Assembly (NCBI GenBank): GCA_900617105.1
Contig: UYFQ01000040.1
Span: 1 to 37,699 of the forward strand
Direction of reading: 5' to 3'
Origin: Hydrurus foetidus
Taxonomy: Eukaryota
Length of the DNA: 37,699 nucleotides
Below the pieces are notes generated by a model. That model was not told the DNA's origin. It ran no database searches and worked only from the letters and a program-made list of their open reading frames with translations. A program made the position numbers and the translations under genes. This document shows positions 21,850 to 33,261 of the stretch, one piece after another. Every line of letters begins with the position of its first letter. Position 1 is the stretch's first letter.

Positions 21850-23400
21850 TTGATGAAAGAAGTTGAGAAGGAGAGATACAGAGAGGAGATGGTCAAAAAA
21901 GAAGCTGAAGCTGTGGCATTCTGCCTTGTGCGAACACCCTGTTCTACCATTCCGCTACAAAAGCGGGGACCACAAAGCTGTAGAAGGCAAAAAAATCGAA
22001 GCGTTTACCGCAAAATTGCGTCGCAAGCACGCGGAAACAAAGAAAAAAGGAGCCCCCATTTCCACAGGACAGACCCCATTGATGACTTGATAGATGACAT
22101 CTGCTGCGAAGAAAGACAACCAAAAATATCATCTCGCAAGAAGAGAAAAACATTAGAGAGACCAGAGAATTGGGAAATCATCGCCGAGCATTACAGTCAG
22201 TGCGGAATGAGAACCACAATTCGTAATTTTCCAACAGAACTAGCTTAGCGTACATCGAGATCTGCTGATCAGGCACTACGTATATGGCTCGCAGATTGGC
22301 GGTCGAATAAGTTGATATCGGTAGTCAACAGCTGATCTCTGCCCTACGGGAATCAGATTGATCTACTGCTAGTTAAAGACGTCAAAAGTAGAATTGAGGC
22401 GGGGCTCCCCATCGATGACGCTATCTTCCGTATGATGTTAGTAGACAACCTCGAAAGTCACGGAAAGGTAGCATTGATGATTGAGAATGGAGGAAAGCTT
22501 ACCTTCAATCACGGATGGGCTCATCGATTTTGGATACGCCACAACCTAGTGTCTCGAGTTGTGACGACAAAGATGCGTATCCTGCCAGCAAATTTCAAAG
22601 TTCTGGAGGAAAACTACATTACAGTTGCCTCACATATGGTTCATCGGCACAAAATTCCAGAGGACCTTGTGTACGGACAAGATGAAATAAACGCACAGTT
22701 TGTGTCTCGACCAAATAAGACGTGGGCGGCGAAAAGAGCAAGACGAGTCAGACTACTAGGGGTTGGACATGAGAGACCCAAAATTACGGTTACTTTCGCT
22801 CTGAAAGAAACTGGAGATGTCGTTAGATTGGCACAAAGATGCGAATCGCAGAAGCCACCTCGTTGTGACACCTATTACGATCATACTAAGAGTCATTGGC
22901 AGACACCAGCGACGCATATCACTCTTTTCAAGAAGGTTGTCGTCGCCGACAATGATGCTACCTTCGCCCGCTTGGGTCTACTTTCCAATCAAGAGGCTTT
23001 GGTCATCCACGATTTGTATTATTCCCACAAGGATGCAACTGCTCATTCCTTCATGAAAGAAAACAATCTGCTTTCTCTTTACATACCTGCAGCTTGTACG
23101 GACGTGATGCAGACATGCGATACCGTGGCAAACAAGCCCTTTAAGGTCGGACTCAAGGCAGCATTCCACGATTTCCTCCACTTCCAATACTCAACCTTTG
23201 AGAGGCTTTTCCCTGACGTCAACACGCGTGGACAATAGGATCGGAAAGTCACTATGGGGGCATTGGAAGAGGAGATAACCGGATTTGTCGCGGTTGGAAT
23301 GGATGCGTTGAAGACATCAGCGATGAAGCTCTGCATCTCTGAGGCGTTTGCTCGAGACACTCGACTGGCGATCATTCGTCGACTAGTGGCATCAGAGATC
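21850..23400 (+). pseudogene. pogo-family (Tc1/mariner-IS630) DD35D transposase remnant
   Basis: CENP-B-type HTH FNHGWAHRFWIRHNL; catalytic GQDE, VIHD-x35-D (MQTCD..NKPFK); in-frame stops at about 22246, 22332 and 23236. Confidence 0.85.
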
Positions 23401-23469
23401 AGGCTGAAAGTAAGATCTCGACCTATCAATTTCCATCAGGATAGGAATTCACGAACACTCACGATGCAG

Positions 23470-23787
23470 GATGTGAAGAATCCCATGGAGATCTTACCCG
23501 ACGTCTTGACTGCTCTTGGGATTGCTTTCAGTAAATGCGTGAACGTTGTTGTCAAGCTGCTTACCTCACTTCCAGGCGATCCTCAACAGGCATTGCACCG
23601 AGACTTTGACAAAGAAAATCGACGAGTCCCAAGATTGTCTGTATTCCATTACTCTGCTGTCATAAGTTTGGAAGAGAATACTCGTCGAATTGTTGGTCCG
23701 CTTCGTGAATCGATTTATATCCCATTGCATTCTATACTACTTTTTAGAGGAGAAATGATACGTGCGGGTGCTGCGTATGCAGTGTAG
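23470..23787 (+). pseudogene. 2OG-Fe(II) dioxygenase-like domain remnant
   Basis: QQALHRD (HxD), YSAVISLE and LLFRGEMIRAGAAY, matching the FRGD..HAGA.Y pattern with the distal His replaced by Arg. Confidence 0.55.
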
Positions 23788-23927
23788 TCTAGAGAGCCCA
23801 ATGCAGTGTCACACTATTCCCACTTATCTTCTCCTCGAGAAGGTGTCTCACGGCTCTCGCCTGTGCAGATCACAAATAAGGCCCCAAACGGAGAGTTGAA
23901 CCCACGACTCTTGTCTGTGGAACCGGC

Positions 23928-23967
23928 GTCTCTCCAGACTACAAAAGCTTTTGTAGTCTGGAGAGAC
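23928..23967. repeat. Perfect 40-bp palindrome inside a cassette bounded by 25-bp direct repeats (23789-23813, 23974-23998)
   Basis: GTCTCTCCAGACTACAAAAG|CTTTTGTAGTCTGGAGAGAC; direct repeat CTAGAGAGCCCAAYGCAGTGTCACA. Confidence 0.92.
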
Positions 23968-24188
23968 ACCGACCTAGAGAGCCCAACGCAGTGTCACAGC
24001 AAGCAAATATAGACGCTTCTTCATATCTGCATCTTGCGACAAATTCCCAGTAACCCCTTTTGTTTTAATCGCAAATTAAATGACGTTTCACGCAAAGTAA
24101 TTGCATTTTTTTTCAACATAGATAATAGGCCGATCCTTACGGTTTCAGATTTCGGGGAAGCTACAATCAGATTTCGGTTCTTAATATC

Positions 24189-24293
24189 CAATTCTGACTT
24201 TTTCGATTCCCGACGCGGAGAAACGATTTCCGACAAAAAAGTTGGGAATCGAAAAAGTCAGAATTGTGTGGGAGGGGCGCGTATCTACGTGCC
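24189..24293. repeat. 23-bp inverted repeat followed by a short GC-rich hairpin
   Basis: CAATTCTGACTTTTTCGATTCCC (24189-24211) and its exact reverse complement (24244-24266); then GGCGCGTA-TC-TACGTGCC. Confidence 0.85.
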
Positions 24294-24844
24294 TGGTGGG
24301 GGATAAAGTCCCAACCTGGATACGGATACGGAATACAGAATGTGCATACCGGATAACAGTAATTTTGAGTTCAATGATCTGTGAACACAGAAATTAGTGC
24401 AATAGTGCTATATTTGAATTTATTGAATTTATTATTATTTCATTTTACAGTTTAAGAAGGATTTAATAAATGATGGATACATTATGTTATATTTGATCCA
24501 AATTACTGACAGATACTTCCAATGGTACTTGTGGTGTATCTTCTACTTGTTCTTGCGTCGTATCTTCAATTTTTTCTTGAATTATTACGTCCGAAGGAGG
24601 TGTTGCCTGTGCATGATTTGTCAAGTCATTCAATGTTCTATCAGTAAGTGCCTTGATAAAGGTATCAAGTAATAGTGGAATGCTGACAGCGACTGTCTTG
24701 TGTCGAGACTCACTTTTTATCTCAACAGTTTCTACGATCCTTCAGCGAAGGTGATCATGGTGGTGATACTGCTTGTCGCTTTTCGTGGAACTCAACCATC
24801 ACATTTTTTACTCTAGAGTCTGAAGTAGCAGCTTTCCTCCTTGA

Positions 24845-26383
24845 ATGGGAGTCAAAGTTGGTAGAGTCAACTACAACGCATTTTGCACGACCTCATACTA
24901 TATCTGTAATACGGGAGGTTGCAGGAAGCAATACAGAGTCATCAAATTATTAGATGACACTGACGATGACGACGTTGACAATCTATTCATTGAAGAAATC
25001 GCAAATGAAGTTCATGATCATACTGCGGCAGAAAATATTCTCAGGGGATTGTCACCGCGGCAAAAGGAAATCATCCTTCAATGCTTCACGAGGAAGCAAG
25101 GCATGCCCGAACGTGTCATCGATGAGTTTGTTCGTCAGGCCACAATTCAACCGGCAGCAAACTTACCAGTTGTTCCAACTCAAATGACGGACATGATATC
25201 AAGCTTCATATCTCATCATCGTAAACGTGAGAGGGATGGGATCGCTGTTGGCAAGACATCTCTTCAGGACATGGAAACTTTTGCACGAGAGAACAGGATA
25301 GGTAAGCAGATTTACTCAACAAATACTAGAAGCTTAACGAGCTAATACAGCGTAAATTTGATATCAGTTTTACATCAAAGTCTCGATGTAGCTGCAGTAT
25401 TGGACTACGGGCACGATGACCAAGTTAGGGACCCCTACTCTTCTATCTTATTTTCTACTCCTCACTTGATCGATGGCACGCATCTAACCCGACATTAATG
25501 CGTTATCTCTGTCGTTCACCGCAGAGCAAGCCCTACTGGCGATTGCATTATTTCTCGTCAAATGGGAGGCCAGTGAAAATGCAGTAGTGTTGAGCGTCAC
25601 CTCTCATTTCAGGGCTCAGATGTAAGTAACTGGACAATAGGGCACTTTCCTAATTGCATCATCAATAATAACGGACTCGAGGCAACCAATGGAGTCATAA
25701 AGAACGAGGTAACCCAGAGAAGGCTGGTGCCTGTACTGAATTTCTTCATAGAAATATCGAGGTGGCTTGGTGCCCAGCCTATGAGGAGGGATCAAGCAAA
25801 TCCTAATCCAATCATATTCACCAGCGTCCATACAATCATGACAAGCGACTGGACTGAAGCTTACAGATGGTCTAGAGACACTACCCGACAAGTTCGTATC
25901 ACGAATGATGGGAGCTACGTAGCCGTCAATAGCGATGTAAGGGGTGATTTGACTGATGATAAAGCAGCCAATTTCGTGGCGATGTTCACAAATTTCTCGT
26001 TCGAATCCTTTGATCATTTCACAACGGCATCAAACAACGTATGTGTTATCAGACCTGATCTTACTAAGCAAGAAGGGTACAATTGTACTCGTGCAGTGAA
26101 TGCAAAGAAACACAGCTGCAATCACTCCCTCGGTGTCGCTATTATCCGAGGCACTCTTGTTTCTCCCAGAGATGCTATGGTCACCCTCCTCAGACGTAAG
26201 AGAAAAAGAGGAAGAAAGCCACAAGCTGCTTCTGCCTGGGAGCACCAACCCTTCGATATTATTTCTCCTCAACACCATCCCCAGCAAAATCCTGCTATCC
26301 TTGCGGGTGTAGTTGCGCCTCCGAATCCTCAACATGCTATGTTAGAAGAGCACATTGAACAACCTGATGCCATTGAACAGTAA
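24845..26383 (+). pseudogene. MULE (Mutator-like) transposase remnant, internally deleted
   Basis: N-terminal WRKY/FLYWCH-like finger YYICNTGGC...HDH; catalytic-Glu motif NNNGLEATNGVIK at about 25665-25700; degenerate SWIM finger YNCTR..KHSCNH; AT-hook-like RKRKRGRKP. Confidence 0.82.
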
Positions 26384-27149
26384 TCATTTGATGTGAGTTC
26401 TCATTGAAATTGTTTTAGTATTCCCAGTATTCTTAGTATCATACTTCGTATCGACTGTGTGATTTTGCATCGTCTTACTTGCCAGTTACGCAAGATTAGT
26501 GACATATTAAACCATCACCTGGTAGCCATGCATTCGATGTTGTGGGGTAATGTGTCATCGCCAACTAATCATTCCTTAGAGTTCGAGAGATTTTTCTTCT
26601 TAAGCAGGAACGAAGAGAGTGAGAGATGAGAGGAGGTTATTGCATGACGGAGGCAGGGGAGCTTAATGGTCAGTGGAGGGTGAAATGTGACTGCTTAATG
26701 GAACGTCACTGGAGGGCGAAATGTCATTGCATGGCGGAAGCTAATGTGGATGCCTTTCCAACTTGTGCTTTGGCGACTGGTAAATAAGCTGTCCAAGTAA
26801 AAACTGAAAAAGTTACGAATCATGTTGCTTTTGGTAACATGCATCTCTCCGATCGTTATACCTATACAGCGTTCATGAACTCAACCATTACTTCGTATAA
26901 GTGCTTCACACAAGAATCATTGCTGTGTCAAGTACTCAACTTCAGTCATTGTCGAGTGCATGAAAACGGTATAGGCATGACGAAACGATAGGTGTATGCT
27001 ACGCCATCAAACTAGGTTACCTTCGGCGTCGTAATGTTTAGTGCAGCAGGAGAACACATACCAGTAACTCAGCAAACAATTTCAAAACTAAATGCATGCA
27101 CAAATAATAAACTCGAAAGAAAAGACTAAAGCAGAATAATACTCCAGCA

Positions 27150-29026
27150 CTTCCCTGCACCGAAACAGTGACGTTTAAGTGGTTAGAGGGGAGAGTAGAA
27201 AGGTTATGCAAATATCCATCTTCAATAAGCGTTGAAATTTTGTCGGCATGTGAAATGACCGACACAGAATAAGGTAGGTTCGAAATGTCAGATGTATCAA
27301 CATCATAATCATTTGTACCTTGATTTTGTTCCGCTAAATCGGAAGACGAATTGGGCCCCCCCCTGGGGTGGGTTGTATTTGCCCCCACGGGGATACTTCC
27401 CCTGATAACCCCTACCAGCACTTTGGTTACCAGCACCTTGGTTTTGGTTTCCTCGGTTGAAGTTACCTTGGTTACCTTGATTACCTTGGTTACCTTGATT
27501 ACCGTAGTTACCTTGGTTTCCTTGGTTTTGGTTTCCTCGGTTGAAATTACCTTGGTTACCTTGGTTACCTTGGTTACCCGACTCATGGTTATTCTTGGCC
27601 TTCTTGTTGGTAGTCATCAAGAAGGGTGGGGAACTAGCGGGGCGGTACCTTTTTCATAACCGGGTAGGATTAACCTTTCCTGCCACATCGCTTCACCGTT
27701 GTTAGTGTCAGTGTAATATAACACGGGGCATGCGGGAAGCATATGTGTAGGGTTTCCACACGAGCGGCAGACTCGAGCAGCTACTAGGGGTACGTCCAAT
27801 GAGGTACGAACTGCTAGAATGCTTTTGCCACTAGGCGGTTCCGCCTCGCGTGTCGCGAGTGTACTCCCCCTCTTCTTCGACGAACGGGGAGGAGGTACTG
27901 CGATACTCGGAAACGCAGACGAGGTCAGGATTGCTTGAGCTCCTGCTCGTCCGGATGGCCTCACGTGCTGCGGAGACGACAGTGATGACGCGCATCATGG
28001 CGGACTCCCACGTGCGAGGTGACACCGAGTCTGACCGCTTAGACTCAAAGTAGTCTGATTGGATACGACTGCCACGGGGAAGTTATTTTTCCAGAATCGT
28101 TACCAACTCCACATGTTGGGTGGGAGTGAGACGACGGGTACGCACGTAGTTGGTTACGAGTTCCTTGTACGCTATGTACGTACTCAACTCCTCCTCGTCG
28201 GAATTGAGAGAGTAATGGAAAGGAACTTTAACGAAGAGTTCCGCTAGGGTATGATCCCCATGGTCCCCTTGCTTGTTCGTTCCAAAGTGTTGCATAATTA
28301 AGTTTGCAATATACCGGGTGTGATAGTACCGGGACCCTGGACCCGGTACTATCACACCCCCAACATCGTCGGTAGCATTAACAATGATAGCAAAAGTTGC
28401 AACACTCTGAATATTGCTGTTCATGAAATTGCTGTCGAGAGTTAATGACAACTGTGGATCGGTTTGCACCGGGATCGCAGGCAAAACTGCAGCAGATAAC
28501 GCAGGCAGCACAGGCAAAACAGGCAGAACATGACGCACAATGACAGGTGCAAGGTTGATGTCGGTGGAGGCGATGGCGGTGATGTCGGCGGAGAACACTG
28601 CGTCGGGTGTTGGCGATGTTGCCAATGGAGGGAACGGTTGGCGCTCCAAAATTGCTCCATCCACAAGCTGGGGAGGTTGTTGGTGATCAACAGAAGGTTC
28701 CCCAGCTTGGGATATCGATGGACCCAATGGCGTAGCTCCAGTAGGAGCTGAAGATAGCTGCAAAAAAATTGCAAGGGGTGTCCCCCTCCCACGCCGGGGG
28801 CCAAATTCTGAAGAGGGTTAGAGAGAGTAGATGAAGGAGCTGCTGCGTTAGCAGCAGTAACATGCAAATCTGGAAGCGAGGGAGGAATCTCCCGTTGTAC
28901 GCTGCTCCGATGACTGGCCGATGGAAATGTCGGCGCTCTCCGATGATAGCGCTTCCTGAGGACGAATGATTTTGATGGCGGCTTTGTCAACGCCCTGTCG
29001 CGCTTCCTTAGCTTGCTGGAAACCAT
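27150..29026 (-). pseudogene. Ty3/gypsy gag (fragmented), truncated before the protease
   Basis: Lies directly downstream of the LTR on the minus strand; CCHC knuckle CRSCGNPTHMLPAC; Gly-Asn-Gln repeats; split over four or more reading frames; no D(S/T)G motif follows. Confidence 0.8.
27400..27590 (-). repeat. 9-bp (GGTAAYCAA) coding repeat giving (GNQ)n
   Basis: Translation GNQGNQGNQGNFNRGNQNQ occurs twice in ORF 27309-27620. Confidence 0.9.
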
Positions 29027-29068
29027 GCAGGTGATTAATGCCAGACGGTCATCGAAGGTCGGTCGGTT

Positions 29069-29384
29069 GATATATATATATCTAGCTCTTCAGTAACGAG
29101 AGTTCTTCTAACAACTCTCTACATTAATATTGTAGTCGCGGCCGGATTCAAGTACGGAGAATCCGGATAAAGACGGTTGTTGGGTAAACTGTTGGTTTAA
29201 GTTACAGTTTGTGAAAAAAGCGAGCAAACAGCTAACGACAGACACAAACGATAGGTTACAAGGGTGCCGATGCTGATGAGCGTCCGTCACTGGTGAACAA
29301 GTGATGTGGATGATAATAGACTATGGGTACGTGAATTGTATATTAATGAGTATGAAGTGTACGGTGACCGTACGAGCTAGGCTA
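29069..29384 (-). repeat. 3' part of the gypsy LTR (29102-29384 duplicates 34293-34575); LTR end is either about 29092 (GTTACT) or 29069 (TATCA)
   Basis: 283-bp direct repeat at offset 5191, identical as far as I can read; immediately followed by gag. Confidence 0.85.
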
Positions 29385-29789
29385 CAGACATACTTCGGCG
29401 AATGTTCCTTGATGTGCTTTTCAGGGCAACTGTGATTTCTATTTCCGCGTCACAACGAGAGTAATATGAATACAGGAGAGAAAGAACCAGAAGGAATAAA
29501 CGATTCTTTCAAAGGATCAGCCTCGGATACTACATACAGGATACAGGACTGCGGATGAGCTGATATTATATATTATACGGTCCTGTAAAATATACCGAAT
29601 AGTACCGGTACCTACTGTAGAGAATAATAAATAAAACGGAACTTTTGAAAAATCCGTTTTTTTCATCGTCTCATAAAATTTTTAAAATTATCTCCAACTC
29701 CTCTGTTATTTTTTAGATTACACCATGTTTTATAAACGGTAAAACCTTATTATATTTGTCTATATATAACTAATAAGTAAGTCAAGAAA

Positions 29790-32700
29790 CTACTGGTCCT
29801 GAGTTGCTTTGAGCATTAATCCTGTGTACTTGGCCGTGATCATAGAGATTTCTTTGAGGAATGTGGACTTCATGTAGGTTTGTGTACCGCAGATCCTGTT
29901 GATCACACTGAGTGCGACTGGACCAAGGCGACCCGAGGCTTCCACAATGAAGGGCAATACACAGGCGGGGCGTATCGGGGCAGGGATGGTGACTCTGGCG
30001 TAGTTCCTTCTCTTGACCTCCTCCGCGTGTACTGCAGCCCTCTCTGCCGACTGGTATGAGCTCACCGGTGGCTCTAAGTAACTCTTGCAACCCACATCAA
30101 TGCACATAATGTCAATGATTAGCTTCTCCCCTTCTGACCACCAAATGACATCCCCTTTCACTTCGCGTAGTGCACCCTCACGATCCGGCGCTTGCCCGAC
30201 TACAGTCTCCAGTTCAAGTTGGGCAGGTGTCAGGGCTGGGTACCTTCTCTTGATCAGCTTGTACAGGAGGTCTCTGAGGTCATTGTGGCGCCTGTTCCGA
30301 AAGCCCTTGTTGTTGGCGCAACTCATGCCGTGGAAAGGCTCCATAAGCGGGTCGTATACGTGACGGCAAGTGCAAGTGTGTCTCTCTCCTGGGGCAGTAG
30401 TCCTGGGACCATACCCTAGTGTGTTTCTCCCTGCGCAGCGAAACTCTGCAGCCCCGAAGTATCCGTCATTGTCTATGCCAATGGTGGACGTGAGGTAAGC
30501 CGTGGTCGATGTGGCAGCACTAAGAATCCAAGCAGCCTTGGAGAACAACCCAGCGGAAATGGCCGCGATGTGGATGTCTTTGTAGGTTTGCTTCTGAGCC
30601 TTCTTCATTCCATCTGCTAGTATCTGATAGCAGTTCTTGTCTGTGATTGTGGCCATCACTAGATCGGTGATCTCAGTAGCTTCCGTCTTGTTCTCCACTG
30701 CACCCAGGCGGACCTCAGACAATTCGTAAAGTTGTTGTGTGGTCTGGAGTTCGCTGGGGTAGTGTTGGGCAAGGAAAGCTGTGTAGAAAGTTCTACTGAG
30801 GATCTGGTTCTTCTCTGAGGCCATTCCGTGGTGACGAGTGAGGCCGAAGCCTCCCATGCGCAGTGGAAGGTGAACCCTTTTGGCCAAGTCTGGGGACACC
30901 TCAAGCTTGAAAATGGCTGCTACAGCGGTGATCATGCTTGCGTCAAATTCCTTGGCGGCCTTGTGTGTGACAGAGGGGTCGGGAGCAGTGCGGAACAAGA
31001 AAGAGGGACGTGGGCTGATGCAACTGAGGAGCAGCTGGAGGGCTGTTCGGGGTCGCAGTAGCTTGAGTGCCTCTGCCGGGGGTTCCATGCTCTTCACCTT
31101 GGTCTCTGTCGTGGACCTGCGGTAGTGATCGCTTCCAACTGGGACCCCTAATGCAATAAGCCCTTCCGAATCAATGGCGAAGCCATCCGGTGCTTGGTCA
31201 AGGTAGTTCTCGACCTCTGATCCCGTAATCTTGGACTTGGGCACACTAACAGCAAACCCGTATTGTGCGAATATCCCTTCGATCCATGGTGCAACCCTGA
31301 AGATGACATCTAACTCCCCGCGTACTTGGGTATCGTCTTCATATGCGGACACTGAACCAGGGCGTAACACTGGGTTGTCCAGTCTTTGGCGGTTGAGTTG
31401 GGCTTCCACGTTCTTGACTTCTTGCGCAAGCTGTAGTAATGCGGGATGCATTCCTACTTCAAAGAAGAGCCCGCCCCACGGATCCCCTTGCCCAATCCCC
31501 GTTCGTGTCCATGCCACTGTCTTGCCATCGTTCCCAATCATCTTGGCTGGGAACTCATGTTTCATTCGGTAATAGCGTAATATACCGGGAAACTTGTCTG
31601 CGAGGCCATCCCAGATGGCTCGGTGTCTTGCGGTGTTGAAGGCGTTGGCAATGTCAATGGAGATCACTGCGTCTTCTCTTGCATAAGCTGCGTCCAATAA
31701 CCTGGCCCCAAACTCCACGCCGCACTTGAGGCCTCCTCCGAGCTGGATAGGATGGAGCAGTGGTGATACCACGACTCGTGCAAGTGCGGCGGCCGTGGCA
31801 CTCATGAACCGCATGATGGCGCACTCGATCCGTATGGGACGCAAACCTCCCTGAGGTTTCGGAATCATGATCAAGCGTGCTGTCACAAGTAGTTCTCTGC
31901 CTTCGCCTTCAATTTGGCCCTGGAGGATCTTGTTGAAGAAAGCAGTGAATGCCACATGGAGGGGGCTTGGTGGTGTAACCTGGTGGACATACTGTGGGTC
32001 ACTGCGGTCATCCCCGATGGCTCGTAACCAAATGTTGGTCCACCCCGTGTTCCCTGCCGCCGTGTTCTTGTTCTGTAGAGAATAAAACTTGGCCCGCACT
32101 TGGTCTGGGGTGAGCTGGAAACAATCGTCCAGTGGTGGGTCGTCCTCCCTTGGAGGAAGGAGGTCTCTGTTGTCTGCTTCTGGATGCAGCGCGTTAATCC
32201 TCTCTGTCATAAACTCGGCCGACGCGGGCGCCGGCTGTTGGACCCCTTTGAGTAGATCATCCAGATGCCCCAGTGTTGTTGTGGCCGCGGACAACCGATG
32301 TTCAGACACAAGGGACTCCACTCGCGCCCTGAGGTGTTCCACGTTGGGTTGTGGCCACACTGTTGGTTGGACGCGGAGGTGGGGTGCCCAGTCTCTGGCG
32401 ATGCGGATGATGTCTCTGGCCTTGTCAGGGGCGGCTTCAATATCCCGAAGAAAACCAATGGGAGTCCACACTTTCTGTCTCCTAAAGCATCGAATATATT
32501 CCACCATGCCTGGTAAAAGCTGAAGCGCTGCTATTCCCCTGGTTGCACTCTCCTCGTCGTCTTTCACACAGTCTTGCAATAGGGTGAGGACAATGGACTT
32601 GAGTAGGGGCTTCCACGTGTGGTGACAATTGTATGCGCCGCGATGGAAGTGACCCACGAGTGTACTGTACTCGGCAATGTTTGGATCAAGTGGGAGGGGT

Positions 32701-33113
32701 TGCGGGAGTGGCTCCGGGAAGCCGTCTGGCAACCCCTCCTCGGGAGGAGGCATCTGGTGTGCATCCTCTTGGGGATTGATTGGGACCTGTTGTACTGCCT
32801 CCTGTTGATCTTGGACAGGAGGAGCGAGTTGCACGGGAGGTGCAATAATGGGTAAAGGAACGCGAGGCACCTGGACAGGTCTGGCTAGGACTGCATGGGC
32901 CGGGTGTCGCGCGTTGATGTGCTTCTGGAGCCCTGTCTCCAAACAGCGTACTGGGCAATGGGGGCACTGACCGAATCTTCGCATTCCCGCAAAACCTCTA
33001 TTGATTTCCCCGAGTGATAATGACTTGTGAGTGATCTGTACGTGGCGAACCAAGCTTGCCCCAGTCACGGGTGTCTGGGGGCAAAGCGCGCACATTCTCT
33101 CGATGTTCTGCAT
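29790..33113 (-). CDS. Zn-finger / reverse transcriptase / CCHC / restriction-like endonuclease protein (1107 aa)
   Basis: Two C2H2 fingers (CALC..HVQITH, CPHC..HINARH); RT motifs GLRPIRI, IDIANAFN, GIGQGDPWG, AYEDD; LPLRMGGFG; CTC..HGMSC and RHNDL; RLE KGD..IIDI..EEVKRRNY..PFIVEASGRLG, the last being typical of CRE elements. Confidence 0.93.
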   Translation of the reverse strand: MQNIERMCALCPQTPVTGASLVRHVQITHKSLSLGEINRGFAGMRRFGQCPHCPVRCLETGLQKHINARHPAHAVLARPVQVPRVPLPIIAPPVQLAPPVQDQQEAVQQVPINPQEDAHQMPPPEEGLPDGFPEPLPQPLPLDPNIAEYSTLVGHFHRGAYNCHHTWKPLLKSIVLTLLQDCVKDDEESATRGIAALQLLPGMVEYIRCFRRQKVWTPIGFLRDIEAAPDKARDIIRIARDWAPHLRVQPTVWPQPNVEHLRARVESLVSEHRLSAATTTLGHLDDLLKGVQQPAPASAEFMTERINALHPEADNRDLLPPREDDPPLDDCFQLTPDQVRAKFYSLQNKNTAAGNTGWTNIWLRAIGDDRSDPQYVHQVTPPSPLHVAFTAFFNKILQGQIEGEGRELLVTARLIMIPKPQGGLRPIRIECAIMRFMSATAAALARVVVSPLLHPIQLGGGLKCGVEFGARLLDAAYAREDAVISIDIANAFNTARHRAIWDGLADKFPGILRYYRMKHEFPAKMIGNDGKTVAWTRTGIGQGDPWGGLFFEVGMHPALLQLAQEVKNVEAQLNRQRLDNPVLRPGSVSAYEDDTQVRGELDVIFRVAPWIEGIFAQYGFAVSVPKSKITGSEVENYLDQAPDGFAIDSEGLIALGVPVGSDHYRRSTTETKVKSMEPPAEALKLLRPRTALQLLLSCISPRPSFLFRTAPDPSVTHKAAKEFDASMITAVAAIFKLEVSPDLAKRVHLPLRMGGFGLTRHHGMASEKNQILSRTFYTAFLAQHYPSELQTTQQLYELSEVRLGAVENKTEATEITDLVMATITDKNCYQILADGMKKAQKQTYKDIHIAAISAGLFSKAAWILSAATSTTAYLTSTIGIDNDGYFGAAEFRCAGRNTLGYGPRTTAPGERHTCTCRHVYDPLMEPFHGMSCANNKGFRNRRHNDLRDLLYKLIKRRYPALTPAQLELETVVGQAPDREGALREVKGDVIWWSEGEKLIIDIMCIDVGCKSYLEPPVSSYQSAERAAVHAEEVKRRNYARVTIPAPIRPACVLPFIVEASGRLGPVALSVINRICGTQTYMKSTFLKEISMITAKYTGLMLKATQDQ

Positions 33114-33261
33114 TGTTAGGTGAGTAGAACACTGGAAGCAAAGTAGTAGAGAAAACCAACCTCGTCAGAAATGTTTTACTTTTCCCAGTGAATATTCCCA
33201 GAAAACACTGAGCCAATATCGCAGAGAGAAATAAGTCCAAAGCCCAGAAAAATAGGTAAAT

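Noticed and set aside
29270..29300. CTGATGA in the LTR as a hammerhead ribozyme core
   Set aside because: No stem II followed by GAAA in the required position.
30085..32967. Many short ORFs overlapping the RT gene, and likewise those overlapping hAT, pol and the recombinase
   Set aside because: Antisense or alternate-frame shadows of the long coding sequences.
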